Assembly: GCA_030390025.1 (NCBI GenBank)
Contig: JASTWF010000035.1
Location: 1,860,001-1,924,000, forward strand
Length of the DNA: 64,000 nucleotides
Reading direction: 5' to 3'
DNA from: Squalus acanthias
Lineage: Eukaryota
Part shown: positions 1 through 12,653 of the stretch, one piece after another
How the letters are laid out: each line of letters begins with the position of its first letter
How positions within the stretch are numbered: position 1 is the first letter of the stretch
The notes under the pieces: generated by a model
The model's input: only the letters and a program-made list of their open reading frames with translations
What the model was told of the DNA's origin: nothing
Database searches by the model: none
Translations under genes and position numbers: made by a program

Positions 1-2440
1 ATCTACTATCACAGAACCATCTCCTGAACCTAACAGAATTGGACACACGAAATAGGAGCAGGATCAGGCTACACGGCCCCTGGGCCCGCTGCGCTACCCA
101 CAGGGCCATGACCAATCCGAACCTAGACTCATGTCCAAATTCCTGCCCGCTCCCCGTAACCCTTAATTCCCTTTACTTCTAGGAAACTGTCTATTTCTGT
201 TTTAAATTTATGTAATGATGTAGCTTCTACAGCTTTTTGGGGCAGCATATTCCATGGACCTACCACCCTCTGAGTGAAGTAGTTCCTTCTCGTCTCAGTT
301 TTGAAAGAGCAGCCCCTTATTCTAAGACTATGCCCCCTAGTTCTAGTTTCACCCAACATCGGGAACATCCTCCCCGCATCCACCCAATCCAACCCCTTCA
401 CAATCTTATATGTTTCAATAAGATCGCCTCTCATTCTTCTGAACTCCAATGAGTAGAGTCCCAATCTACCCAACCTCTCCTCATATGTCCATCCCCTCAT
501 CCCCGGGATTAACCGAATGAACCTTCTTTGTACTGACTCGAGAGCAAGTATGTCTTTTCTTAAGTATGGACACCAAAACTGTATGCAGTATTCCAGGTGC
601 GGTCTCACCAATACCTTGTACAACTGAAGCAATACCTCCCTATTTTTATATTCTATCCCCCTAGCAATGAAAGCCAACATTCCATTGGCCTTCTTAATCA
701 CTTGCTGCACCTGCATACTAACCTTTTGAGTTTCGTGCACCAGGACCCCCAGATCCCTTTGTACTTCAGTACTTTCCAATTTCTTGCCATTAAGATAATA
801 ACTTGCTCTACAATTTTTATGCCAAAGTGCATAACCTCACACTTTCCAGTATTGTATTCCATCTGCCAAATCTCTGCCCATTTACTTAGCCTGTCTATGT
901 CCCCTTGCAGAGTTTTTATGTCCTCCTCACTCACTACTTTCCCTCCCATCTTTGTATCATCTGCAAACTTTGATATGTTACACTCGGTCCCCTCCTCCAA
1001 ATTGTTAATATAGATTGTAAAGAGTTGGGGACCCAGCACTGACCCCTGCGGAACACCACTAGTTGCTGATTGCCAGTCTGAGAATGAACCATTTATCCCA
1101 ACTCTCTGCCTTCTGTTAGATAGCCAATCCTCTATCCATGCCAGAATATTACCCCCAATCCTGTGATTTTTTATCTTAAGCAATAATCTTTTGTGTGGCA
1201 CCTTGTCAAATGCCTTTTGGAAGTCTAAATACACCACATCCACTGGTTCCCCTTTATCCACCCTGTGTGTTACTTCCTCAAAGAACGCCAGCAAATTTGT
1301 CAAACATGACTTTCCCTTCATAAAACCATGCTGACTTTGTCCTATTAAATTATGATTATCCAAATGTCCCGTTACTGTCTCCTTAATAATGGACTCCAAA
1401 ATTTTACCTACCACAGATGTTAGGCTAACCGGTCTATAGTTTCCAGCTTTCTGTCTACTGCCCTTTTTAAATAAGGGTGTTACATTAGCAGTTTTCCAGT
1501 CTGCCGGGATCTTTGCTGAGTCCAGGGAGTTTTGGAAAATTATTACCAATGCATCCACAATCCCTACCGCCACTTCCCTCAAGACCCTAGGATGTAAGCC
1601 ATCAGGTCCAGGTGATTTATCCGCCTTGAGTCCCATTATTTTACCGAGTACCACTTCCTTAGTGATTTTGATTGTGTTTAGCTCCTCCCCCGCTATAGCC
1701 CCCTGTTTGTCCAGTGTTGGGATATTCTTAGTGTCCTCTACTGTAAAGACTGATGCAAAATATTCATTCAGTGTATTTGCCATCTCCATATTTCCCACCA
1801 TTAATTTCCCGGCCTCATCCTCTAAGGGACCAACATTTACTTTAGCCACCCTTTTTCTTTTTATAACTATAAAAACTCTTACTATCTGTTTTTATATTTT
1901 TTGCTAATTTACTTTCATAATCTATCTTCCCTTTCTTAATCAATCTTTTTGTTATTTTTTGCTGTCTTTTAAAGTTTTCCCAATCCTCTATCCTCCCACT
2001 AGATTTGGCTACCTTATAAGCCCTTGTTTTTAGCCGAATACTATCCTTAATTTCTTTACTTAGCCACGGATGACTGTCTTTACTTTTACACCCTTTTCTT
2101 CTCAGTGGAATATATAATTTTTGGAAGTTGTAAAATAACTCATTAAATGTACACCACTGATCATGTATCGTCTTACCCTTTAATCTATTTTACCAATCCA
2201 CTCTACTCAATTCAGTTCACATACCTTCATAGTCTCCTTTATTGGAGCTTAGCACGCTTGTTTGAGATCCAACTTTCTCACCCTCTAATTGAATATGGAA
2301 TTCAACCATGTTACGGCCACTCATTCCAAGGGGATCCTTTACTAGGACATTTTTAATTAATCCTGTCTCGTTACACAGGACCAGATCTAAGGTTGCTTGC
2401 CCCCTGGTCGGTTCAGTTACATACTGCTCAAGAAACCCAG
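1..2440 (-). mobile_element. CR1-clade LINE fragment (family A), 5'-truncated; end of APE, RT and 3'UTR; frameshifted
   Basis: ORFs 698..1849 and 129..779 carry RT motifs ([33 protein letters not shown]) and the CR1 C-terminus (RRMRGDLIETYK). Near-identical inverted copy at 14641-17543. Confidence 0.95.
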
Positions 2441-2812
2441 ACAGACACTGACACTGACAGACACTGAAACTGACAGACACTGACACTGACAGACACTGAC
2501 ACTGACAGACACTGACACTGACAGACACTGACATTGACAGACACTGAAACTGACAGACACTGACACTGACAGACACTGAAACTGACAGACACTGACACTG
2601 ACAGACACTGACACTGACAGACACTGACACTGACAGACACTGAAACTGACAGACACTGACATTGACAGACACTGAAACTGACAGACACTGACACTGACAG
2701 ACACTGACACTGACAGACACTGACACTGACAGACACTGAAACTGACAGACACTGACACTGACAGACATTGACACTGACAGACACTGACACTGAAAGACAC
2801 TGACAATGACAT
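2440..2812 (+). repeat. GACACT/GACA-type simple satellite array
   Basis: Tandem gacactgacagacact units; source of the SV/CQ low-complexity ORFs. Confidence 0.95.
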
Positions 2813-2825
2813 GAAAGGAATATTA

Positions 2826-5800
2826 CATAGAAACATAGAAACATAGAAGATAGGAGCAGGAGTATGCCATTCAGCCCCTCGAGCCTGCTCCGCCATTCAA
2901 TGAGATCATGGCTGATCATCCAAATTCAGTACCCTGTCCCTGCCTTCTCCCCATATCCCTTGATCCCTTTAGTTTTAAGAAATATATCTAACTCTTTCTT
3001 GAATATATTTAATGAATTGGCCTCTACTGCCTTCTGTGGTAGAGAATTCCACAGGTTCACCACTCTCTGGGTGAAGAAATTCCTCCTCATCTCAGTCCTA
3101 AATGGCTTACCCCTTATCCTTAGACTGTGACCCCTGGTTCTGGACTCCCCGGCCATCGGGAACATCCTTCCTGCATCTAGTCTGTCTAGTCCTGTTAGAA
3201 TTTTATAAGTTTCAATGAGATCCCCTCTCATTCTTCTAAACTCCAGCGAGTATAAGCCCAATCGACCCAATCTCTCTTCATACATCATTCCTGCCATCCC
3301 AGGTATCAGCCTGGTGAATCTTCGCTGCACTCCCTCCATGGCAAGAACATCCTTCCTCAGATAAGGCGACCAAAACTGCACACAATACTCAAGGTGTGGT
3401 CTCACCAAGGCCCTGTACAACTGCAGCAAGACATCTTTGTTCCTGTACTCGAACCCTTTCGCTACGAAGGCCAACATACCATTTGCCTTCTTAACCGCCT
3501 GCTGCACCTGCATGCTTACCTTCAGCGACTGGTGCACAAGGACACCCAGGTCTCGTTGCACTTCCCCTTCTCCCAATCTATTGCCATTCAGATAATAATT
3601 TGCCTTCCTGTTTTTGACACCAAAGTGGATAACCTCGTATTTATCCACATTATATTGCATCTGCCATGCTTCTGCCCAATCACCCAACCTGTCCAAATCA
3701 TACTGGAGTTTCTCAGCATCCTCCTCATGGCACACACTCCCACCCAGCTTTGTGTTGTCTGCAAACTTGGAGATATTGCATCCAATTCCCTCATCTAGAT
3801 CATTAATATATATTGTGAATAGCTGGGGTCCTAGGACCGATCCCTGCGGTACCCCACTAGTCACTGCCTGCCACTCGGAAAAAAAACCATTTATTGCAAC
3901 TCTTTGCTTTCTGTCTCCCAACCAGTTCTCTATCCAAGTCAATACCTTGCCCCCAATCCCATGTGCCTTAACTTTACACGCTAATCTCTTATGCGGGACC
4001 TTATCGAAAGCCTTCTGAAAGTCCAAATACACCACATCCACTGGTTCTCCCTTATCTATTTTACCAGTTACATCCTCAAAAAATTCCAGTAGATTAGTCA
4101 AGCACGATTTACCTTTTGTAAATCCATGTTGACTTTGTCCGATCCTGTCACTGTTTTCCAAGTGCTCTGCTATTACATCTTTTATAATGGACTCTAGCAT
4201 TTTCCCCACTACCGATGTCAGGCTTAATTATGATTCCCCGTTTTCTCTCTACCACCTTTTTTGAATAGTGGGGTAACATTAGCTACCCTCCAATCCATAG
4301 GTACTGTTCCAGAGTCTATAGAATTTTGGAAGATGACCAGCAATGTATCTACTATTTCTAGGGCCACTTCCTTAAGTACCCTAGGATGTAGATTATCAGG
4401 CCCTGGGGATTTATCGGCCTTCAATTCCGTCAATTTCCCTAACACTATTTCCCTACAAATACTGATTTCTTTCAGTTCCTCCCTCTCATTAGACCCTATG
4501 TTCCCCGACATCTCTGGGAGGTTATTTGTGTACTCCTTTGTGAAGACAGAACCAAAGTATGTATTTAATTGATCTGCCATTTCTTTGTTCCCCATTATAA
4601 ATTCCCCTGATTCTGACTGCAAGGGACCTACACTTGACTTCACCAATCTTTTTCTCTTCACATATCTATAAAAGCTTTTACAGTCAGTTTTTATGTTCCC
4701 TGAAAGCTTACTCTCATACTCTATTTTCCCCCTCTTAATTAATCCCTTTGTCCTTTGTTGCTGAATCCTATACTGCTCCCAATCCTCAGGTTTTCTGCTT
4801 TTTCTGGCCAATTTATATGTCCTTTCCTTGGATCTTATGCTATCCCTAATTTCCTTTGTTAGCCACGGTTGAGTCACCTTTTTTGTTTTATTTTTATGCC
4901 AAACTGGGATGAACAAATTCTGTAGTTCATTCATGCAATCTTTGAATGTTTGCCATTGCCTATCCACCGTCAACCCTTTGAGTGACATTCCCCAATCAAT
5001 CCTACCCAACTCGCGCCTCATACCATCGTAGTTTCCTTTATTTAAATTCAGGACCCTAGTCTCTGAGTCAACTACTTCACTCTCCATCTTAATGAAGAAT
5101 TCTGTCATATTATGATCGCTCCTCCCCAAGGGGCCTCGCACAACAAGATTGCTAATTAATCCTTTCTCATTACATAATACCCAGTCTAAGATGGCCTGAT
5201 CTCTAGTTGGTTCCTCGACATATTGGTCCAGGAAACCATCCCGTATACACTCCAGGAATTCCTCCTCCACAGTATTGTTACTAATTTGGTTAGCCCAATC
5301 TATATGTAGATTAAAGTCGCCCATGATAACTGCTGTGCTCTTACTGCACGCTTCTCTAATTACCCTTTTAATGCCATCCCCAATCTCCGTATTACTGTTT
5401 GGGGGTCTATACACCACTCCCACTAGCGTTTTCTGCCCCTTGGTATTCCTCAGTTCTACCCATACAGATTCCACATCATCAGAGCTAATATCCTTCCTTA
5501 CAATTGTGTTAATCCCCTCTTTAACCAGCAATGCTACCCCACCTCCTTTTCCTTTTTGCCTATCTTTCCTGAATATTGAATACCCCTGTTGAGTTCCCAG
5601 CCTTGGTCACCCTGGAGCCATGTTTCCGTAATCCCAATCATATCACATTCGTTTACCTCTATTTGCACAGCTAATTCATCCACCTTATTACAAATGCTCC
5701 TCGCATTAAGACACAAAGCCTTCAGGCTTGTTTTTTTAATGCTCTTAGACCTTTTAGAATTGTTATTTACTGTGGCCACGTTTGATTTAAACCATTGTTT

Positions 5801-6505
5801 TCTCTGACTGACACCTTTGTTTTTTTCCTTCCTGACTTTTGCTTCTATCCTTGTTTCCCTTTCCTCTGTCTCCCTGCTCAGGTTCCCAACCCCCTGCCAT
5901 TTTAGTTTAAACCCTCCCCCAGAGCACTAGCAAACAATCCCCCAAGGACATCGGTCCCGGTCCTGCCCAGGTGCAAACCGTCTGATTTGTACTGGTCCCA
6001 CCTCCCCCAGAACCGGTTCCAATGTCCCAGGAATTTGAATCCCTCCCCCTTGCACCATTCCTCTAGCCACGTATTCATTTGAAATATCCTCCTATTTCTA
6101 CTCTGACTAGCACGTGGCACTGGTAGCAATCCTAAGATTACTACCTTTGAGGTCCTATTTTTAAATTTACCTCCTAACTTCCTATATTCAGCTTTTAGGA
6201 CCTCATCCCGTGTTTTACCTATATTGTTGGTACCTGTATGCACCACGACAACTGGCTGTTCACCCTCCCCTTCCAAAGTGTTCTGCAGCCGCTCTGAGAC
6301 ATCCTTGACCCTTGCACCAGGGAGGCAACACACCATCCTGGAGTCTCGTTTGCGGCCGCAGAAATGCCTATCTATTCCCTTTACAATAGAATCCCCTATC
6401 ACTATAGCTCTACCCCTCTTTTTCCTCCCGTCCTGTGCAGCAGAACCACCCCTGGAAGTTGGCTACTGCTGCCTTCCCCTGCTAAGCCATCCCCCTCAAC
6501 GTTAT
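2826..6505 (-). mobile_element. CR1 LINE (family B), near full length: partial ORF1 esterase, disrupted ORF2 (APE+RT), (CATAGAAA)n tail
   Basis: ORFs 5902..6402 (GDS, GTN, DGLH), 5534..5779, 4224..5531 (YRPP, GDFN, SDH) and 2926..4209 (RT). Octamer tail at about 2826-2848. Confidence 0.95.
5902..6402 (-). pseudogene. CR1 ORF1 SGNH/GDSL esterase domain (partial)
   Basis: MIGDSIVKG ... VHTGTNN ... DGLHL motifs. Confidence 0.85.
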
Positions 6506-6509
6506 CCAA

Positions 6510-7830
6510 AGTGGGCTACCCCAGATCAGGCGTATTCCCCAGACGTTCACCTTCAACTAAAGTTAGAGGTAGCCGGAACCTAAATTTTGCTTAATTGGGT
6601 CTAAAGGTCCAGACTATCTCTCCCTAAAGGAAAGGAATGACCTGAAGATGTTACCGTCCTCCAGATAGCACTTTTAATAAGTTTAGCTAGACTGTAACCT
6701 TCTGGATATTATGAGGGTCTGGAAAACTCCCCCAGAATTCTGCAACTCCTCACCAAAGAGTGTACAGAGATTGAGTTCGCGAGTTTGATACAGAAGTACT
6801 ATGTGAAACAATTCTAAAAAAATATAGATTTATTAAAGAACCGACATATAGTTTACAGCTGGTGATTCAATCGCAACTTTAACAATTCCAAAAACAAAAA
6901 GCTTACAATTCTTATCATCAGAGATCCTTATTCTCAAATCTTAACTTCGTTACATTTTTACATTTCTTACTTAGTCTTATTCCAGAATATCCACCAAAAT
7001 CAAATACCTTGATACCCGAGACTTAAAGAGTTGAAAACTTACAGAGCTTGCCTCTGAAGTCTGAGAACCGCTTTGCCCCTTCCAGCGAATTCTGTCTTCC
7101 TATTTGAAAATCCAATCTTTTATACTCTTTCTCAGTGGTATATCCTTTGAAGTTTTCTGCTGATGTAAGCTAATTATCTCTAGTCATTTTTCTGTTGACC
7201 CCTGCTATTCTTACAATTAGTTCAGCTTGTAGCATTCAGAATTATGTCTGCTGTGTAGGTGTTCGAAGCTTATCATAAAAACAATGTGACAGCAGTGGTT
7301 CTATTTGATGTCTTTTTTACGACGGTCTTCTATGCAATTCTTAAATCACCTCTGCTGGTTGTATTGCAGACTTCGTGTCTCCTAGGTGTTCCAAGTTCAA
7401 CACAAAAACAATGTGATGGCTGTTGCATCTATTGATGTCATATTTATGAATGTCTTCTATTTGTATCTTTTTACAACATGTAAATTAAAAACACTTCAAC
7501 CGGGTACACCATTGTCTTCTTAGCTACCTCAACTGGTTGCATTAAGAATTATGTCTCCTGTCTTTCATTTGATGTCATATTTACGAAGGCATATGTTTCT
7601 TTAATGTTCTGTGTTTCTTTCCCAAAGTGTTGGTTTATGACACCTTAACATTATACCATTGTGCTCTTTCCAAAACTTCAGACTTTCGGGAACCTTTAAC
7701 CCTCTGCTTCAATAGGGCTATTGTTTCAGTGTTAACAACTTATCTTATCTCAAAAGCTTGTATGCTGTTTACAGCTTTTCCTTGTTGAGGCTTTCAGATT
7801 TCCAAGCCCAGTTTGTCATGTTTTAAAGAC
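6510..7830 (-). other. Non-LINE AT-rich segment, possibly LTR-like
   Basis: Diverged internal direct repeats (about 7277, 7404, 7568). Minus-strand TATAAAAG at 7117-7124 lies upstream of minus-strand AATAAA at 6829-6834. No PBS, PPT or TSD identified. Confidence 0.3.
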
Positions 7831-7881
7831 TAGAATATTTCATAGGATGGTGTATTTTTCTGAAATATGACATATTCCTTC

Positions 7882-8323
7882 ACAGACAGACACTGACACA
7901 GACAGACACTGACACAGACAGACACTGAAACTGACACTGACACTGACAGACACTGACACTGAAACTGACAGACACTGACAGACACTGACACTGACAGACA
8001 CTGACACTGACAGACACTGACAGACACTGACACTGACAGACACTGACACTGACAGACACTCACACTGACAGACACTGACACTGACAGACACTCACACTGA
8101 CAGACACTGACATTGACAGACACTGACATTGACAGACACTGAAACTGACAGACACTGAAACTGACAGACACTGAAACTGACAGACGCTGACACTGACAGA
8201 CACTGACACTGACAGACACTGACACTGACACTGACAGACATGGTAACTGACACTGACACTGACACTGACAGACACTGACACTGACAGACACTGACACTGA
8301 CACTGACACTGACAGACACTGAC
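7882..8323 (+). repeat. GACACT-type satellite array
   Basis: Tandem gacactgaca/gacactgaaact units. Confidence 0.95.
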
Positions 8324-8495
8324 TATATTCAAGGCGGAGATAGACAGATATTTGAGCCACAGGGGAGTCGAGGGTTATGGGGACCAGGCAAGAAAGTGGA
8401 GTTGAGGTCAAGATTAGATCAGCCATGATCTTATTGAATGGCGGAGCAGGCTCGAAGGGCCGAATGGCCGACTCCTGCTCCTATTGCTTACGTTC
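8324..8495 (+). mobile_element. CR1 3'-end fragment
   Basis: CR1 3'UTR (gatcagccatgatcttattgaatggcggagcagg...ctcctgctcct). The same fragment recurs at 9941-10165. Confidence 0.9.
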
Positions 8496-8698
8496 TGACA
8501 CTGACTCTCACACTGAAAGACACAGACTGACACTGACTGATACTGAGAGACACTGACTGACACTGACTGACACTGACAGACCCTGACAGATAGCTACTAT
8601 CTTGCTAATCTCAGCCTGACTCTCAAACTCCGAGTGCCTCGGGACATGAACAGAGTCCCACATTTATTGAGGATGTTTCTGTTCTTTACTTTCCACAG

Positions 8699-8773
8699 CT
8701 TCTCCACCTGAGACAACGGTAACAGAAATAAGTGTCACAACAGAGCTTCAGCAAAGTACCAGAGAGATTACAG
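8699..8773 (+). CDS. Candidate 75-nt internal exon, copy 1, of a host gene; mucin-like (A)SPPETTVTEISVTTELQQSTREIT
   Basis: Acceptor ttctttactttccacAG at 8697-8698 and donor CAG|GTAAGA at 8774. Length 75 nt. Only the phase-1 frame is stop-free. Three paralogous copies in the window. Confidence 0.75.
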
Positions 8774-8896
8774 GTAAGAAATCTCTCCCAATAAACCTCT
8801 CTAATGTAATAAGCATTAAATACATTATATTATGTACCATACAGTGTCCACAATCCCTGAATGATCTCTCTCCACACCCAGTCTTACCTCACTTCT

Positions 8897-9940
8897 GACT
8901 GACAATGACAGACACTGACACCAAAACACTGACACTCACACTGACCGACGCTGACTGACGCTGACAGTCACTGACCGACACTGACCGACACTGACCGCAC
9001 TGAGTGACACTGAGTGACACTGAGTGACACTGACAGACGCTGACCGACGCTGACCGACGCTGACCGACACTGACCGACGCTGACCGACGCTGACTGACGC
9101 TGACCGACACTGACCGCACTGAGTGACACTGACAGACACTGACCGACGCTGACCGACACTGACCGCACTGACTGACACTGACTGACACTGATCGAGCTGA
9201 CCGACGCTGACTGACGCTGACAGACGCTGACCGACACTGACCGACACTGACCGACACTGACAGACACTGACAGACACTGACCGACACTGACCGACACTGA
9301 CCGACACTGACCGACGCTGACTGACGCTGACCGACACTGACCGCACTGAGTGACACTGACAGACACTGACCGACGCTGACCGACACTGACCGCACTGACT
9401 GACACTGACTGACACTGATCGAGCTGACCGACGCTGACTGACGCTGACAGACGCTGACAGACGCTGACAGACGCTGACCGACACTGACCGCACTGACCGC
9501 ACTGACCGCACTGACTGACACTGACTGACACTGATCGAGCTGACCGACGCTGACTGACGCTGACAGACGCTGACAGACGCTGACCGACACTGACCACACT
9601 GAGTGACACTGAGTGACACTGACTGACGCTGACTGAGTGACACTGACCGACACTGACCGACGCTGACCGACACTGACCGACGCTGACCGACGCTGACTGA
9701 CGCTGACCGACACTGACCGCACTGAGTGACACTGACAGACACTGACCGACGCTGACCGACACTGACCGCACTGACCGCACTGACTGACACTGACTGACAC
9801 TGATCGAGCTGACCGACGCTGACTGACGCTGACAGACGCTGACCGACGCTGACCGACGCTGACCGACACTGACCGACACTGACCGCACTGAGTGACACTG
9901 ACCGACACTGACCGACACTGACCCCACAACTGACTGCACA
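8897..9940 (+). repeat. Satellite array, CTGACCGACA/CTGACCGACG variant with higher-order repetition
   Basis: Roughly 10-bp units; the marker ctgatcgagctga recurs at about 9188, 9415, 9531 and 9800. Confidence 0.95.
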
Positions 9941-10165
9941 CTGGAATTCTCTACCCCAGAGAGCTGTGGAGGCTGAGTCAGTGAATATATTCAAGGCGGA
10001 GATAGACAGATTTTTGAGCCACAGGGGAGTCAAGGGTTATGGGGACCAGGCAAGAAAGTGGAGTTGAGGCCAAGATCAGATCAGCCATGATCTTATTGAA
10101 TGGCGGAGCAGGCTCGAAGGGCCAAATGGCCGACTCCTGCTCCTATTGCTTACGTGCTTATGTTC
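9941..10165 (+). mobile_element. CR1 3'-end fragment (duplicate of 8324-8495, longer)
   Basis: tggaattctctaccccagagagctgtggagg... followed by the CR1 3'UTR. Confidence 0.9.
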
Positions 10166-11065
10166 TGACACTGACTCTCACACTGACAGACACTGACTAA
10201 CACTGACATTGACACTCACATCGACTGGCACTGAAAGACACAGACCAACACTGACACTGACAGACACTGACTGACGCTGACTGACACTGAGACACTGACA
10301 CTCACACTGACAGACACTGACACTGACTGACACTAACACAGAGACACTGACACTCACACTGACACTGACAGACACTGACTGACACTAACACACTGAGACA
10401 CTGACACTCACACTGACAGACACTGACACTGACTGACACTAACACACTGAGACACTGACACTCACACTGACAGACACTGACACTGACTGACACTAACACA
10501 CTGAGACACTGACACTCACACTGACAGACACTGACACTGACTGACACTAACACACTGAGACACTGACACTCACGCTGACAGACACTGAATGACACTAACA
10601 CACTGAGACACTGACACTCACGCTGACAGACACTAACAATGTTCCCTTTAATTTTGTTTTGGGCTGCGCGGCCCCTTTAACAGGCTGTGTGGCCCAGTCA
10701 AAATTCCATGCATGCGTAGTATATCCATTTAAAAGCCAGTGAGCCGGCTGTGCAGGAGCTCCAGAGAGCTGTGAGGCTGCGCAACTTAAAGGGAACATTG
10801 CTGACAGATACTGACAGACACTGACCGACACTCACCCTGACAGACACTGACCGACACTCACCCTGACAGACAATGACCGACACTCACCCTGACAGACACT
10901 GACCGACACTGACCGACACTGACCCTGACAGACACTGACCCTGACAGACACTGACAGACACTGACCGACACTGACAGACACTCACCCTGACAGACAATGA
11001 CACTCACATCGACTGGCACTGAAAGACACAGACTGACACTGACAGATACTGACAGACACTGACAG
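10166..11065 (+). repeat. GACACT-type satellite array interrupted by a MITE
   Basis: Tandem units including a recurring cactaacacactgagacactgacactca block. Confidence 0.9.
10637..10800. mobile_element. 164-bp MITE with perfect 15-bp TIR CAATGTTCCCTTTAA
   Basis: CAATGTTCCCTTTAA at 10637 and TTAAAGGGAACATTG ending at 10800. CA..TG ends are hAT-like, but no clean TSD is visible. Confidence 0.8.
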
Positions 11066-11174
11066 ATAGCTACTATCTTGCTAATCTCAGCCTGACTCTG
11101 AAACTCCGAGTGCCTCGGGACATGAACAGAGTCCCACATTTATTGAGGATGTTTCTGTTCTTTACTTTCCACAG

Positions 11175-11249
11175 CTCCTCCACCTGAGACAACGGAAACA
11201 GAAATAAGTGTCACAACAGAGCTTCAGCAAAGTACCAAAGAGATTACAG
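11175..11249 (+). CDS. Candidate 75-nt internal exon, copy 2; (A)PPPETTETEISVTTELQQSTKEIT
   Basis: tttactttccacAG acceptor and CAG|GTAAGA donor. Differs from copy 1 at 3 nt. Confidence 0.75.
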
Positions 11250-11371
11250 GTAAGAAATCTCTCCCAATAAACCTCTCTAATGTAATAAGCAGTAAATAAA
11301 TTATATTGTGTATCATACAGTGTCCACAATCCTTCAATGATCTCTCTCCACACCCAGTCTTACCTCACTTC

Positions 11372-12653
11372 TGACTGACAATGACAGACACTGACACCAA
11401 AACTGACAGACAAAACACTGACACTCACACTGACTGACTGACGCTGAGAGACACTGACCGACACTGACCGACACTCACCCTGACAGACACTGACCGACAC
11501 TGAAAGACACTGACAGACACTGACCGACACTGAAAGACACTGACAGACACTGACCGACACTGACCGACACTGACCGACACTCGCCCTGACAGACACTGAC
11601 TGACACTGACCGACACTGACCTTGACCGACACTCGCCCTGACAGACACTGACTGACACTGACCGACACTGACCCTGACCGACACTGACCCTGACAGACAC
11701 TGACCCTGACAGACACTGACAGACACTGACCTTGACCGACACTCGCCCTGACAGACACTGACCGACACTGACCGACACTGACCCTGACAGACACTGACCG
11801 ACACTGACCCTGACAGACACTCACCCTGACAAACACTGACCGACACTGACCGATACTCACCCTGACAAACACTGACCGACACTGACCAGACACTCACACT
11901 GACTGACACTGACTGACACTGACCTGACACTGACCCTGACTGACACTGACTGACAATGACCGACACTGACAGACACTCACCCTGACAGACACTGACCGAC
12001 ACTGACCCTGACAGACACTGACAAACACTGACCAACACTGACCGATACTCACCCTGACAAACACTGACCGACACTGACAGACAATCACCCTGACCGACAC
12101 TGACCGACACTGACCGATACTCACCCTGACAAACACTGACCGACACTGACAGACACTCACGCTGACCGACACTCACCCTGACCGACACTGACCGACACTG
12201 ACACTGACAGACACTGACCGACACTGACAGACACCCACCCTGACAGACACTGACCGACACTGACAGACACTCACCCTGACCGACACTGACCGACACTCAC
12301 CCTGACCGACACTGACCGACACTCACCCTGACTGACACTGACAGACACTGACTGACACTGACTGACACTGACACTGACTCACATTGACACTCACACTGAC
12401 TGACACTGACAGACACTGACAGACACACTGACAGACAGTGACAGACATTGACTGAAACTGACACTCACATTGACAGACACATTGATGGACACACAGACTG
12501 ACGCTCACTTATACTGACAGACACTGACTGACACTGACAGACACTCACTGTGACAGACACACTGACAGACAGTGACAGACATTGGCTGACACTGACACTC
12601 CAACTGTTAGACATTGACTCACACTGATGCTCACTAACACTGACAGACACTGA
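11372..12653 (+). repeat. Satellite array, GACACTGACC/ACTCACCCTGACA variant
   Basis: Tandem units that degenerate toward 12650 and resume at 14508-14640 after the TIR element. Confidence 0.95.

Noticed and set aside
237..5807. Conserved antisense ORFs recurring across the window (e.g. PKCITSHF..., [10 protein letters not shown]...)
   Set aside because: Shadows of conserved RT codons on the opposite strand, recurring only because the LINEs recur.
2217..12508. Ser-Val and Cys-Gln repeat proteins (also 41107-41873)
   Set aside because: Minus-strand readings of the GACACT satellite, open in all three frames.
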